A stretch of 64,000 bases of DNA from Geopsychrobacteraceae bacterium (GCA_963662315.1 OY759353.1:928001-992000), one strand, 5' to 3'; positions 33,224 through 43,730 are shown, counted from the first letter of the stretch. Translations and numbers: made by a program. Notes: generated by a model not told the origin, from the sequence alone.

Positions 33224-35605
33224 ATGCTGATCTTGTTGATGCTACTTCTGACGATCTGGCTGTTACTTGTTTATGAAGCATCATTAGCCATACATAGCGT
33301 GGCAACGGGTCTTTTTGTCATCCTTGTGTGTTGGCACTGGCCCCTACCCGTCCAGATAGCCATCTGGGCATTATTTCTGATTGGCGCATTGTTGTTTAAC
33401 GTCAAGCAACTGCGCAAACCTTTTATCACCAAGCCGGTTCTGGCGTTTTTTCGCAAAATCAAACCACAGTTGTCAGAGACTGAGCAGGCAGCCCTTAATG
33501 CCGGCGACGTCTGGTGGGACGGCGAGCTGTTCAGCGGCCGCCCGGACTATCAGAAGCTCCTTGATACACCAGAGGCAACACTGACCAAACAGGAGCAGGA
33601 TTTCATCGATGGCCCCGTCAGCCAGCTGTGTGAAATGCTTGATGACTGGGACATCACTCACCAACGTCAAGACCTGCCTCCCGAGGCCTGGAAATTCATC
33701 AAGGACAAAGGCTTCTTTGCTCTGATTATCCCGAAACAGTACGGGGGACTTGAATTTTCCCCGACCGCAAATTCACACATTATCACCAAATTGGCCACCC
33801 GCAGCCTGACGGCCGCTGTCACGGTGATGGTTCCGAACTCACTCGGCCCGGCTGAGTTACTCCTCCATTACGGAACCCAGCAGCAGCGTGATTATTATCT
33901 ACCGCGTTTGGCATCGGGCCAGGAGATTCCCTGCTTTGCCCTGACCAGTCCTCAAGCGGGCAGCGACGCCGCGTCAATTCCTGATCGTGGTGTTGTCTGT
34001 CATGGTCAATGGCAAGGCCAGCAGGTCATCGGCATGAAACTGAACTGGGACAAGCGCTATATCACCCTCGGTCCGGTTGCTACCTTGCTGGGGCTGGCAT
34101 TTCGGCTTTATGACCCGGATCATCTGCTCGGTCCTCAAACTGACCTTGGCATTACCTGCGCCCTGATTCCCGCCGCTACTCCCGGGATTGACATTGGCAG
34201 ACGACACAATCCGCTCAATGTACCGTTTATGAACGGTCCTAATCAGGGGCACGATGTCTTTGTGCCACTTGATATGATCATCGGCGGTCAGGATGGTGCG
34301 GGAAAAGGTTGGCAAATGCTCATGCAATGCCTGTCAGCCGGCCGCGCTATTTCCCTGCCAGCACTCAGCCTCGGCGCCGCAAAACTGGTCTCCCGGGATA
34401 CCGGAGCTTACGCTGCGGTCCGCCGTCAATTCGGCCTGGCTATCGGCCGTTTTGAAGGGATTGAAGAAGTTCTGACCCGAATCGCCGGGGAAACATGGCT
34501 GATGAATGCCACCCGCGATTTGACCTGTGCCGCATTAAATCTGGGCAAGCAACCGGCCGTTATATCAGCCATTGTCAAACAAAATATGACAGAACGTATG
34601 CGCTCCGTTGTGAATGACGCCATGGATATTGAGGGGGGAAAAGGGATCTGCATGGGTCCCAACAACCACTTGGCTGCAGCCTATCAGGCAATACCAATCG
34701 GCATCACGGTGGAAGGGGCAAATATCTTGACCCGTAGCATGATTATCTTCGGTCAGGGGGCAATCCGCTGTCATCCCTGGGTGGTCAGAGAACTACAGGC
34801 CGCTGAGAATCCTAACAAGAGTGAAGGCCTGGAGCAATTTGATCATGCGTTCTGGGCTCATGTCGCCCTCAGCTTGCGTAATGCAGCATCGGCCTTGTTT
34901 TATGGCCTGACGGCCGGAATCTTCATCTCCACCCCTGAGTCGCGTCACAAACGGGTCTACCAACATCTGACTCGCTTCAGCACAGCATTTTCTCTCACTA
35001 GTGATGTCCTGATGGCGACCCTCGGTGGAAGTCTTAAGCTGAAAGAAAAATTAACGGGGCGCATGTCTGACATCCTTAGTGAGATGTACCTGCTTTCGGC
35101 CGCATTAAAAGCGGTTGAAGCTGATTCAACTGTTGACCAGACTGCGTTGTTCGAGTGGAACTGCCAACACTCGTTCGACAAGATCCAATCCAGCTTTATC
35201 GCGATTACCAGCAATCTGCCCAAACCACTCGGCTGGTTGCTCAGAGCCCTGATCTTTCCGCTGGGGCAGCATTATTGCCCCCCCTCCGATGCGTTAGGCA
35301 AGCAGGTCGCTGGAGCAGTATTAACTCCTGGACCGCTGCGTGACCTGCTGACCTCAGGTCTGTATCGATCAAACAAACAAGATGCTCCGGATTTCATTCT
35401 TGAAGAAGCTTTTCTTCTTACTGTCGCGATTGATCCTCTGGAAAAGACCCTGCGTCATGCGGTTAAAGCTGGAAAATTAGACCAGCACCACGGTGAGCTG
35501 CTGAACCAGGCCGTGGAACATGGAATTCTTACCCAGGAACAAGCTCAACAACTGATGCGTGCCCGGCAATTGCGTGACCGGGTTATCGCAGTGGACGCTT
35601 TCTAG
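33224..35605 (+). CDS. fadE: Long acyl-CoA dehydrogenase (FadE type)
   Basis: TVMVPNSLGP, CFALT..AGSDA, KRYITL, ITVEGANILTR, C-terminal IAVDAF. Confidence 0.93.
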   Translation: MLILLMLLLTIWLLLVYEASLAIHSVATGLFVILVCWHWPLPVQIAIWALFLIGALLFNVKQLRKPFITKPVLAFFRKIKPQLSETEQAALNAGDVWWDGELFSGRPDYQKLLDTPEATLTKQEQDFIDGPVSQLCEMLDDWDITHQRQDLPPEAWKFIKDKGFFALIIPKQYGGLEFSPTANSHIITKLATRSLTAAVTVMVPNSLGPAELLLHYGTQQQRDYYLPRLASGQEIPCFALTSPQAGSDAASIPDRGVVCHGQWQGQQVIGMKLNWDKRYITLGPVATLLGLAFRLYDPDHLLGPQTDLGITCALIPAATPGIDIGRRHNPLNVPFMNGPNQGHDVFVPLDMIIGGQDGAGKGWQMLMQCLSAGRAISLPALSLGAAKLVSRDTGAYAAVRRQFGLAIGRFEGIEEVLTRIAGETWLMNATRDLTCAALNLGKQPAVISAIVKQNMTERMRSVVNDAMDIEGGKGICMGPNNHLAAAYQAIPIGITVEGANILTRSMIIFGQGAIRCHPWVVRELQAAENPNKSEGLEQFDHAFWAHVALSLRNAASALFYGLTAGIFISTPESRHKRVYQHLTRFSTAFSLTSDVLMATLGGSLKLKEKLTGRMSDILSEMYLLSAALKAVEADSTVDQTALFEWNCQHSFDKIQSSFIAITSNLPKPLGWLLRALIFPLGQHYCPPSDALGKQVAGAVLTPGPLRDLLTSGLYRSNKQDAPDFILEEAFLLTVAIDPLEKTLRHAVKAGKLDQHHGELLNQAVEHGILTQEQAQQLMRARQLRDRVIAVDAF

Positions 35606-35614
35606 GAGCCCAAA

Positions 35615-36955
35615 ATGACTCGTACACACGATCACTCAGCTCATAAAGATGAAAGACGCCCTGTCTATATTATTGACGGGGCTCGAACTCCGTTTCTAAA
35701 AGCTCAGGGTACACCTGGCCCATTCAGCGCTGCCGATCTTGCCGTCGCAGCAGGACGCCATCTTTTGTTGCGCCAACCATTTAGGGCCAGTGAATTGGAC
35801 GAAGTGATTCTTGGTTGTGTCATCCCGGCGGCAAGCGAGGCCAATATCGCCAGGGTCGTCTCGTTGCGTCTCGGCTGCGGCGAACGCGTTACCGCCTGGA
35901 CAGTACAGCGTAACTGCGCCTCGGGGATGCAGGCCCTCGCCAGCGCCGCTGAACGGATCAGCCACGGTTACGCTGATCTGATTGTGGCTGGCGGAACTGA
36001 GGCCATGAGCCACGCACCGCTACTTTGGAATCGGACGATGGTTGACAAACTGGCCGCATTGCAACAGGCAAAAAAACTCAGCCAGCGCCTTAAAATTATC
36101 AGTTCCATGCGCCCTAAAGATTTTAAGCCGGTCATAGCCCTGCTACAGGGATTGACCGATCCCACCACGAATCTGACGATGGGGCAAACCGCTGAAAATC
36201 TGGCCGATCGTTTTCAGATTACCCGTCAGAGGATGGATGAGTTTTCGCTTCGCAGTCACGCACGGCTGGCCCAGGCCACCGATGAGCACAAGTTTCCGGA
36301 AATGGTTCCCCTTTACACACCGACAGGAGAATATATCCAGCATGACCAAGGGTTAAGGCGCGATGGAGATCTGACCAAGTTAGGACAGTTAAAAGCGGTC
36401 TTTGATCCTCCTTACGGGCGCATCAGCGCAGGAAACAGCGCTCAGGTCACCGATGGAGCAGCCCTGCTGCTCCTTGCCAGTGAGCATGCCGTAGAACGTT
36501 ACCAGCTTCCAGTTAGCGGAGAAATCCTTGATACGTCATGGGCGGGACTTGACCCTGCACAGATGGGTTTGGGACCTGTTTATGCCATGGATGATCTGCT
36601 CCACAAGCACCCACAGTTAACTGACAAAATCGGGCTATGGGAAATTAACGAGGCCTTTGCGGCCCAGGTTCTGGCCTGCCTTGCCGCAATTGAAGATAAA
36701 GAATGGCAGCACCGGGAACTTGGTCACCAAACAAGCGTACCACTCATTGACCCACAACACCTTAATGTCAATGGCGGCGCCATCGCCATCGGCCATCCAG
36801 TTGGAGCAAGCGGAGCTCGTATTGTCTTGCAACTGTTACAGGCATTGAAACAGCAGCAAAAAAGTTACGGGATCGCTTCACTGTGTATTGGTGGTGGCCA
36901 GGGTGGTGCCATGTTGATTCGTGCGACAGGAAATCACGGGAAAGGAGGCCAATGA
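35615..36955 (+). CDS. 3-ketoacyl-CoA thiolase (FadI/FadA type)
   Basis: RNCASG, NEAFA, GHPVGASG, CIGGGQG. Confidence 0.93.
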   Translation: MTRTHDHSAHKDERRPVYIIDGARTPFLKAQGTPGPFSAADLAVAAGRHLLLRQPFRASELDEVILGCVIPAASEANIARVVSLRLGCGERVTAWTVQRNCASGMQALASAAERISHGYADLIVAGGTEAMSHAPLLWNRTMVDKLAALQQAKKLSQRLKIISSMRPKDFKPVIALLQGLTDPTTNLTMGQTAENLADRFQITRQRMDEFSLRSHARLAQATDEHKFPEMVPLYTPTGEYIQHDQGLRRDGDLTKLGQLKAVFDPPYGRISAGNSAQVTDGAALLLLASEHAVERYQLPVSGEILDTSWAGLDPAQMGLGPVYAMDDLLHKHPQLTDKIGLWEINEAFAAQVLACLAAIEDKEWQHRELGHQTSVPLIDPQHLNVNGGAIAIGHPVGASGARIVLQLLQALKQQQKSYGIASLCIGGGQGGAMLIRATGNHGKGGQ

Positions 36956-38913
36956 TGAAGACAGGAACACTTAATCACTGGTCATGGGTTATTGATGCCG
37001 ACAACATTCTGCATGTGACAATAGACCGGGCGGACAAATCACAAAACAGCCTGTCCAGTGATGTTCTGAAGGAGTTTGCCGAACTCATTACTAATATGGA
37101 ACGCCTGAAACCAAAGGGCGTTGTGCTGCGCTCCGGCAAACAGCATAGTTTTATTGTTGGTGCCGACGTTGCGGAATTTACTGATTTTGCCGATCCCGTT
37201 CAGGTCAGCGCCTATATAAAAAGCGTCCATGCGACGCTGCAACGGCTGGAGGATCTGCCGTTTCCCGTATTAGCTGTCATCGACGGTCCCTGCCTCGGCG
37301 GTGGTCTGGAACTGGCACTTGCCTGCCGCTACCGCCTGGCCGTTGATGACGACCGGACCATACTGGGTTTTCCGGAAGTAAAGCTTGGTATTCATCCGGG
37401 CTTTGGAGGCACCGTCCGCTCCATCCGTCAGTGCGGTTCCCTACCGGCCCTGGAGCTGATGCTGTCGGGCCGCAATCTGACGGCATACCAGGCTTTCAAG
37501 CTGGGGCTGGTTGATGCGGCAGTGCCGCGCCGGGTTGTTGACAATGCCATTGCCAGCATCCTCTCCGCAGGGGTTAAACCACGAAAATCCAGTTGGAGTA
37601 CGCGCCTGACCGACCTGGCTGCCCTGCGTGCGCCTATTGCAGCTTTGCTGAAATCTAAGGTGAAGGGCAAGGCCGACCCGCGCCACTACCCTGCCCCTAA
37701 TGCATTGATTGATTTGTGGCGTCAGCATGCCGGACATACTGATGCAATGTATCATGCAGAAGCTGAATCGATTGCGCGCTTGATCTGCGGAAGTGTCGCT
37801 CAGAACCTGATCCGCGTGTTTTTCCTCCAGACCCAACTTAAGGGACAAAAAAGCGAAGGGGATCCAATCCGCAAAATTCATGTTATTGGCGCCGGAAATA
37901 TGGGTCGGGATATTGCGTCATGGTGCGCATTGCAAGGGTTGCAGGTCACCTTACAGGACCTGGACAACCAAGTCTTGGCCGATGCCGTTACCAGCGCCAA
38001 CAAGCTGTTCCGGACAAAACTAAAGAAACATCACTTGATTCAAGCCGCTCACGATCGCCTGCAGATTGATCAAGACGGGCTTGCCGTTCCCCACGCAGAC
38101 CTGGTTATTGAAGCCATTGTTGAAAACCGCACCATCAAAGAACAGGTATTGAAAAACGTCGAAGCGAGAATGAACCCTACGGCAATCCTGGCCAGCAACA
38201 CCTCCAGCATCCCCCTGGAAGATTTGGCGGCTTGCCTTGAGAATCCGCAACGATTTGTCGGCATCCATTTTTTCAACCCCGTGGCCAAAATGCCACTGGT
38301 TGAAATTGTTGCCGCCCAGACATCGGACCCAGCAGCACTCAGCAGGGCCACCGGTTTTGTCAAACAGATCAAACATCTGCCCTTGCCGGTCAAAAGTGCC
38401 CCGGGGTTTCTGGTCAACCGGATTCTAATGCCCTACCTGATGGCTGCGGTACAACTGGTCGAACAAGGCTATGACCGTGACAGCATTGATCAGGCCGCCC
38501 TGGATTTTGGTATGCCGATGGGGCCTCTGCATCTTGCGGACAAGGTTGGTTTGGATATTTGTCAATCGGTAGCCGAAACCTTTGCAACCTATTTTAATCA
38601 TCCAATTCCCGCCATATTGACACAAATGATAGACGACGGATATCTGGGGATAAAAAGCGGACAAGGTTTTTTCAATTATCACAATGGTCACCGGAAGAAA
38701 TCCTGGCTGAAGACGCTGAGACCCGTAAAAGCGCAACCAGAGCTGGTTGATAAATTGTTAGATCCTCTGCTCGCGGAAGCGCAGGCGTGTCTGGATGAAG
38801 GGATCGTCAGCAGCGCAGATCTGGTCGATGCAGGAATGATTTTCGGTAGCGGGTTTGCCCCCTTCACCGGCGGCCCCCTTCATTACCGTAATTCACCGGC
38901 GAATGCTCCATAA
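36952..38913 (+). CDS. Enoyl-CoA hydratase/3-hydroxyacyl-CoA dehydrogenase (FadJ/FadB type)
   Basis: GGGLELAL, PEVKLG, GAGNMG, SNTSS, HFFNP, PGFLVNR. RBS AGGAGG and ATGA overlap with the thiolase. Confidence 0.93.
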   Translation: MMKTGTLNHWSWVIDADNILHVTIDRADKSQNSLSSDVLKEFAELITNMERLKPKGVVLRSGKQHSFIVGADVAEFTDFADPVQVSAYIKSVHATLQRLEDLPFPVLAVIDGPCLGGGLELALACRYRLAVDDDRTILGFPEVKLGIHPGFGGTVRSIRQCGSLPALELMLSGRNLTAYQAFKLGLVDAAVPRRVVDNAIASILSAGVKPRKSSWSTRLTDLAALRAPIAALLKSKVKGKADPRHYPAPNALIDLWRQHAGHTDAMYHAEAESIARLICGSVAQNLIRVFFLQTQLKGQKSEGDPIRKIHVIGAGNMGRDIASWCALQGLQVTLQDLDNQVLADAVTSANKLFRTKLKKHHLIQAAHDRLQIDQDGLAVPHADLVIEAIVENRTIKEQVLKNVEARMNPTAILASNTSSIPLEDLAACLENPQRFVGIHFFNPVAKMPLVEIVAAQTSDPAALSRATGFVKQIKHLPLPVKSAPGFLVNRILMPYLMAAVQLVEQGYDRDSIDQAALDFGMPMGPLHLADKVGLDICQSVAETFATYFNHPIPAILTQMIDDGYLGIKSGQGFFNYHNGHRKKSWLKTLRPVKAQPELVDKLLDPLLAEAQACLDEGIVSSADLVDAGMIFGSGFAPFTGGPLHYRNSPANAP

Positions 38914-38933
38914 AAGGTCAAAAGGAGGTCGTC

Positions 38934-40733
38934 ATGACAAAACTTGATGTGATCAGCCCCAATGAAGCACGGACGCTTCCGGCTCTTTTTAAGGAGCGCG
39001 TAAAGCGTTCAGCAAACCAGATTGCCTACCGTTATTTCTGTGACCAATCTTCGGAATGGCGTCAGGTCACCTGGCAGGAAACAAGCGCACAGGCAGCGCG
39101 TTGGCAACAGGCCCTGGCAGCAGAAAACCTGCAAAAAGGTGACCGGGTTGCTGTCATGTTAAAAAACAGTCTGGAATGGGTTCTGTTCGACTTTGCCGCC
39201 AGTGGTCTGGGATTGGTTACCGTCCCCCTGTATGTCAATGATCGTCCTGAAAATTTTGCCTATATTCTCCAGTCAACTGAAACCAGGGTTCTGTTGACCG
39301 GAGGCAGTGAACAATGGAACAGGATAGAAGAAGTCAGCGATCGACTGAGCAGCGTGCAGCGCATTGTCACCCTGCAAACCGTTTGCGAAGTCGATTGCGA
39401 TCCGCGCCTGCGCCAGCTGGATGACTGGTTGTCAGAAACAACAGACGGTGACTACCAGACTCTGGCCGATGATCCCCACAGTCTGGTAACGATTGTTTTT
39501 ACATCAGGCACAACCGGACCACCCAAAGGCGTAAAACTCAGCCATGACAACATCCTCCAAAATGCCTATGCCGGTCTGCAAATGGTTCCGGTCTATCAGG
39601 ATGACCAGTTCCTGTCCTTTTTGCCGCTATCGCACATGCTGGAGCGCACGGCAGGTTATTATATTCCGGTTATGACCGGGGCTTGCGTAGCGTTTGTTCG
39701 TTCCATCGACCTGTTAGCCCAGGATCTGCTGACCATCAAACCGACTATCCTGGTGACCGTTCCACGTATATTCGAAAGAATTTACAATAAAATGACCCTG
39801 AAGCTGGCAGATGAATCCTGGCTGGCCCGCAAGATATTCCAACTGGCGGTCTTTTCTGGCTGGCATCATTTCCAGTATCACCGCAACCGTGAACCATGGG
39901 CCATCCAGTTGCTGATCTGGCCACTATTAAAGCTCATTGTCGGCCGAAAACTTGAGCAGCGCCTGGGGGGCCGGTTACGTCTGGCCATAAGCGGTGGAGC
40001 ACCTCTTTCCCCACCGATTGCGCAGACATTTATCGGGCTGGGAATAACTATTCTTCAGGGCTATGGGCTGACGGAAACAAGTCCGATCATCTCCGTCAAC
40101 ACCATGCAGGACAATCAGCCACTCAGTGTTGGAAAACCCTTGCCTGGAGTATCGATAATGATCGGTGCCAGCCAAGAACTTTTGATCAAAGGTCCCAATG
40201 TTATGCTTGGATACTGGAATACGGAGGAGTCAATCATCGATCAGGACGGCTGGTTGCATACCGGTGACAAAGTCAGGATCGACAGAAAAGGCCGCATTCA
40301 TATTACCGGGCGCATAAAAGATATTATCGTCCTGTCCAGTGGCGAAAAGGTACCCCCAGAAGACCTCCAACTCGCCATTGCCACGGACCCTCTGTTTGAG
40401 CAGGTGTTGGTCGTTGGTGAACAACGTCCGGCCATGACTGCCGTTGTCGTGGTCAACCCAAGCCAGTGGAAACTGCTTGCCCAGCGACTGAACCTGAACC
40501 CTGATGACGAAGCATCTTTAAATTCACCTCCAGCCAAGCAAGCGTTCCTTGAAAAAATAGCCTTTCGTCTGAAAGAATTTCCTGGCTACGCCAAGATCTA
40601 CCGCGTGCATGCAACCCTTGCCCCCTGGGATATTGATTCTGGACTGATAACGGCAACGTTGAAAATTCGCCGTAAACAGGTGTTGGAAAAATTCCATGAT
40701 GCCATTGAACAACTATACGCTCAAATGCGTTAA
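38934..40733 (+). CDS. Long-chain fatty acid-CoA ligase
   Basis: FTSGTTGPPKG, GYGLTE, HTGD, GRIKD. Confidence 0.92.
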   Translation: MTKLDVISPNEARTLPALFKERVKRSANQIAYRYFCDQSSEWRQVTWQETSAQAARWQQALAAENLQKGDRVAVMLKNSLEWVLFDFAASGLGLVTVPLYVNDRPENFAYILQSTETRVLLTGGSEQWNRIEEVSDRLSSVQRIVTLQTVCEVDCDPRLRQLDDWLSETTDGDYQTLADDPHSLVTIVFTSGTTGPPKGVKLSHDNILQNAYAGLQMVPVYQDDQFLSFLPLSHMLERTAGYYIPVMTGACVAFVRSIDLLAQDLLTIKPTILVTVPRIFERIYNKMTLKLADESWLARKIFQLAVFSGWHHFQYHRNREPWAIQLLIWPLLKLIVGRKLEQRLGGRLRLAISGGAPLSPPIAQTFIGLGITILQGYGLTETSPIISVNTMQDNQPLSVGKPLPGVSIMIGASQELLIKGPNVMLGYWNTEESIIDQDGWLHTGDKVRIDRKGRIHITGRIKDIIVLSSGEKVPPEDLQLAIATDPLFEQVLVVGEQRPAMTAVVVVNPSQWKLLAQRLNLNPDDEASLNSPPAKQAFLEKIAFRLKEFPGYAKIYRVHATLAPWDIDSGLITATLKIRRKQVLEKFHDAIEQLYAQMR

Positions 40734-40895
40734 GTCACCGGTTTAAAGTAGAAAGGCAAATTCAGTTCCCACCTCTCCCGATCATGACTGAGCCTTCATT
40801 CATGATCGACAAAAAATGATAAACTTATCAGTACGAAGGCACGAGCGACCAGGTGAAGTTTCTTTAACCACCGGTATTTCAGGAAGGGAGGCTAT

Positions 40896-41069
40896 ATGAA
40901 AGACAGCATTGTCAGACTGAAAAACCTCTGTGAAATTCTGCTGAATATGGGAGTTACCCAAACGCCTAATGATCAGGAAATCAAAAAAATGATTTTGGAG
41001 CTGGAAGCAACAATTGTTAAGGAAATGGAATTATTAAAGGAAAGAGTATCACAGTCAGAATTTGAATAA
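40896..41069 (+). CDS. Small 57-aa helical hypothetical protein (absent from ORF track)
   Basis: RBS GGGAGG; MKDSIVRLKNLCEILLNMGVTQTPNDQEIKKMILELEATIVKEMELLKERVSQSEFE; hairpin at 41107-41142 follows. Confidence 0.6.
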   Translation: MKDSIVRLKNLCEILLNMGVTQTPNDQEIKKMILELEATIVKEMELLKERVSQSEFE

Positions 41070-41153
41070 ATTTCACCGCGAATAGTGCGTTGAAATAGCC
41101 AACATTCCCCCTGCAGAGCAGACAGAAGCACCCTGCAGGGGGGCTACCAATAA

Positions 41154-42251
41154 TCAGAATTTCTCTTTCTTGATCCGCCTTACGAGAAGAGATACCTCTT
41201 TCCAGCGCTCTTTCTCAACCCGATCAGCACTTTTATTTTGGCGCTGAGCCTGGTAGGCGAGTTCGCGCTTCATTTTTTGGTAATTTTCCAACCGTTCAGC
41301 CGGGATATCTCCTCGCTCAACAGCCGCCTGGACCTGACATCCGGGTTCGTGAATATGACTGCAATCAACAAAGCGGCACTTAAGTCCAAGTGCTTCAATT
41401 TCTGGGAACACCGCCTCCATTCCCTGAGAACCGTCCCAAAGACCAATTTCACGAATGCCAGGGTTATCAATTATAACCCCACCCTGCGGCAACAGGATCA
41501 AGTCCCGCGACGTAGTAGTATGTTTACCTTTACCAACCTGAGCACTGACTGCGCCAGTAACCTGCACATCGGTTCCATACAAACGATTTACCAGTGTCGA
41601 CTTTCCTGCGCCTGAAGAACCCAGCAGGGTCACCGTTTGTCCGGGAGCGAGATAAGCCCCTAAGGCCTTAAGACCACTATCATCATCCGCAGAGACCAAA
41701 ACGACAGGCACACCGTATGCGACCGCTTCAACCTCAAGCAAGAATGAATCCGGGTCCAAGTGCAGATCGGCTTTGGTCAGCACGATAACCGGAGTCAACG
41801 CACAGTTGTAAATCAGCGTCAGATAACGTTCGATACGCCTTATATTAAAATCGCGATCGAGACCACAGACGATGAAGACCGTATCCAGGTTTGCTGCAAT
41901 CACCTGCTCTTTTTGAGTTATTCCGCTATGTCGCTCGTGGGTCCCGGCGGCACCCCGCACTAAAACATTCTTGCGCTTCAATACTTTGCTTATCACCTGG
42001 TCAGCTACCAGAACCCAATCCCCGGCAGCAGGATAAAGCCCTTCGGTATTATTCCTGAGTTTACCGGCCATGGTTGCGGTCCATTCTCTCTGGCCGTCAC
42101 TGACTCGAAAACTGTTTTTATATACGCCAATGACTCTGGCAGGAGACAGCCTGTCCGTAGGATTGTCTTCCAACTGATTTTGAAAAAACAGATTCCAGCC
42201 GAACTTTAATAGACTACGTTGTTCTTCATTTATATTTATTTGATTATTCAT
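41154..42251 (-). CDS. rsgA: Ribosome small subunit-dependent GTPase A family
   Basis: Circularly permuted TKAD, GSSGAGKS, GKHTTT, DNPG; Zn motif CRFVDCSHIHEPGC. Confidence 0.92.
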   Translation of the reverse strand: MNNQININEEQRSLLKFGWNLFFQNQLEDNPTDRLSPARVIGVYKNSFRVSDGQREWTATMAGKLRNNTEGLYPAAGDWVLVADQVISKVLKRKNVLVRGAAGTHERHSGITQKEQVIAANLDTVFIVCGLDRDFNIRRIERYLTLIYNCALTPVIVLTKADLHLDPDSFLLEVEAVAYGVPVVLVSADDDSGLKALGAYLAPGQTVTLLGSSGAGKSTLVNRLYGTDVQVTGAVSAQVGKGKHTTTSRDLILLPQGGVIIDNPGIREIGLWDGSQGMEAVFPEIEALGLKCRFVDCSHIHEPGCQVQAAVERGDIPAERLENYQKMKRELAYQAQRQNKSADRVEKERWKEVSLLVRRIKKEKF

Positions 42252-42469
42252 TGCTTTAAACCTACCTGTTGTTATGGGCAATAATCTCTCAAGCTAGCAG
42301 AGATAATTAATCATCATTTTCGGAAAATGTTTTGAATTAATAATGAGTTGCAGGAAGTAGGCACAGCTATAGGGAGTGATTCTCAATCAGAGAACTGCAA
42401 AGATACCGAAGAGAAACTTCGGCCATTAAGAACTTGCTAAATGTCAGAAACGATATTGCAGACCAATGA

Positions 42470-42529
42470 TCAAGCTGCTGCCACAACAACGGCAACCATT
42501 GATACAATATCCATCAGTTTGTTGAACAT
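42470..42529 (-). promoter_or_regulatory. Putative leader peptide upstream of rsgA (MFNKLMDIVSMVAVVVAAA)
   Basis: GAGG RBS, 19-codon uORF, then hairpin CCGAAG-tttct-CTTCGG with U-rich tail (42406-42422) ahead of rsgA. Confidence 0.5.
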
Positions 42530-42851
42530 CCAACCTCGTTTAGGTTCAGGGTTAATTTGAAAACAGTCAAAGATTATCATGCACCATGCAAAAAATCACT
42601 GTTTAAAGCGGATTTGAATATGGAACAAACGCTCGAAAAACGCTATAAGTGATTTTATTATCGATATTATGCCTTAAAAAACGGCCCCCTACCCTACTCC
42701 CTTTGAATATAAGTGTACTTTCCGAAAGTCAGGGGGGAGATGTGGTAAGAAACACCTAATATAAGTACAATTTCAGCAACCGCCTTGCGTGTTATAACAT
42801 GGTCAATATTACGTGTATTACATGTTGGCAAAACAAAGAGAGGGGAATCTC

Positions 42852-43277
42852 ATGCCTAAGAATTTCATTGTAGCATTTTCACTGTTTATCCTCCTATCAT
42901 TGATCGCATCTACGTCTTTTGCGGGGACAAAAGATGATGAAATTGCGATTGAAGCGGCAACATCCTTTCTACATCTTCTTGATTCTGGACAGGTCGAAGA
43001 AGCATTTCTTGCCACATCAAAATTGCATCAAAATAGTGGTCGTAAAATGTGGTGGATTGCCGAAAATAAAAACCAAAGGCATTACTACGGTTCACTTACC
43101 AACAGGACAATTAAAAGTACACAGACTAAGAGTACGTTACCTCATCTCCCAGATGGTGAGTATTTTGTCATAACTTACAATTCATCTTTCGAGCATAAAA
43201 AGGAAACCTTGGAAAGAGTTGAAGTTGTAAAAGAATCTGAAAATATATGGAAGGTTACCGAATATTACTGTCATTAA
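42852..43277 (+). CDS. DUF4019-like exported protein
   Basis: Signal peptide; AA.SFLHLLDSG, LPHLPDGEY.V..YNSSFEHK, ERV..WKV. Confidence 0.75.
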   Translation: MPKNFIVAFSLFILLSLIASTSFAGTKDDEIAIEAATSFLHLLDSGQVEEAFLATSKLHQNSGRKMWWIAENKNQRHYYGSLTNRTIKSTQTKSTLPHLPDGEYFVITYNSSFEHKKETLERVEVVKESENIWKVTEYYCH

Positions 43278-43506
43278 TTTGCTACCCCATGCAACCGGAC
43301 GAACCAAGGCTGGGCACACTTTTACAAAGCTCAAATGCTCTTATAGGCATACGGGATCGATAGTCGAAAGCGAAAATGATCAACCCTATTCTAAAGAATG
43401 GTCATCTACCAGCCTTCGAGATCTTGAGCATAAAAGGAAATATGCCGGAATAAATAGTCTACTTGCTCGCATGCGACCTTCGTGTCCCATATGTGGGGTG
43501 TGGGGC

Positions 43507-43621
43507 TCCCCCAGCCCCCACACCACCCGGCATGGGGGTCGTCACCCAAACGGTTCGATGAAACTACCGGGTCATAGCCGGGTAATGTCGCTTCACCCGA
43601 TATCTACCGCAACAGCACCTG
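43507..43621 (-). mobile_element. Decayed 3' fragment of a group IIC intron (end of RT ORF plus domain V/VI)
   Basis: Minus strand encodes ..RVKRHYPAMTR* then reads TTTCATCGAACCG..GACCCCCATGCCGGGTGGTGTGGGGGCTGGGGG, a degenerate IIC domain V and start of domain VI. Confidence 0.65.
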
Positions 43622-43730
43622 CCGCACCAATCAGCTCCCTCATTTTTCGGCAAAAAAGCCACTTGCCATCCCCCAGGAAGGCACTACTCTTTAATGAGTG
43701 AGTTGTTTTTCCCTAGAACAGGAGAAGATT

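Noticed and set aside
42790..42799. TGTTATAACA palindrome upstream of the DUF4019 gene
   Set aside because: Resembles fused Zur half-sites but lacks the 7-1-7 spacing; may just be a -10 element.
43279..43701. 140-aa ORF
   Set aside because: TTG start without RBS; reads across the antisense of the intron relic.
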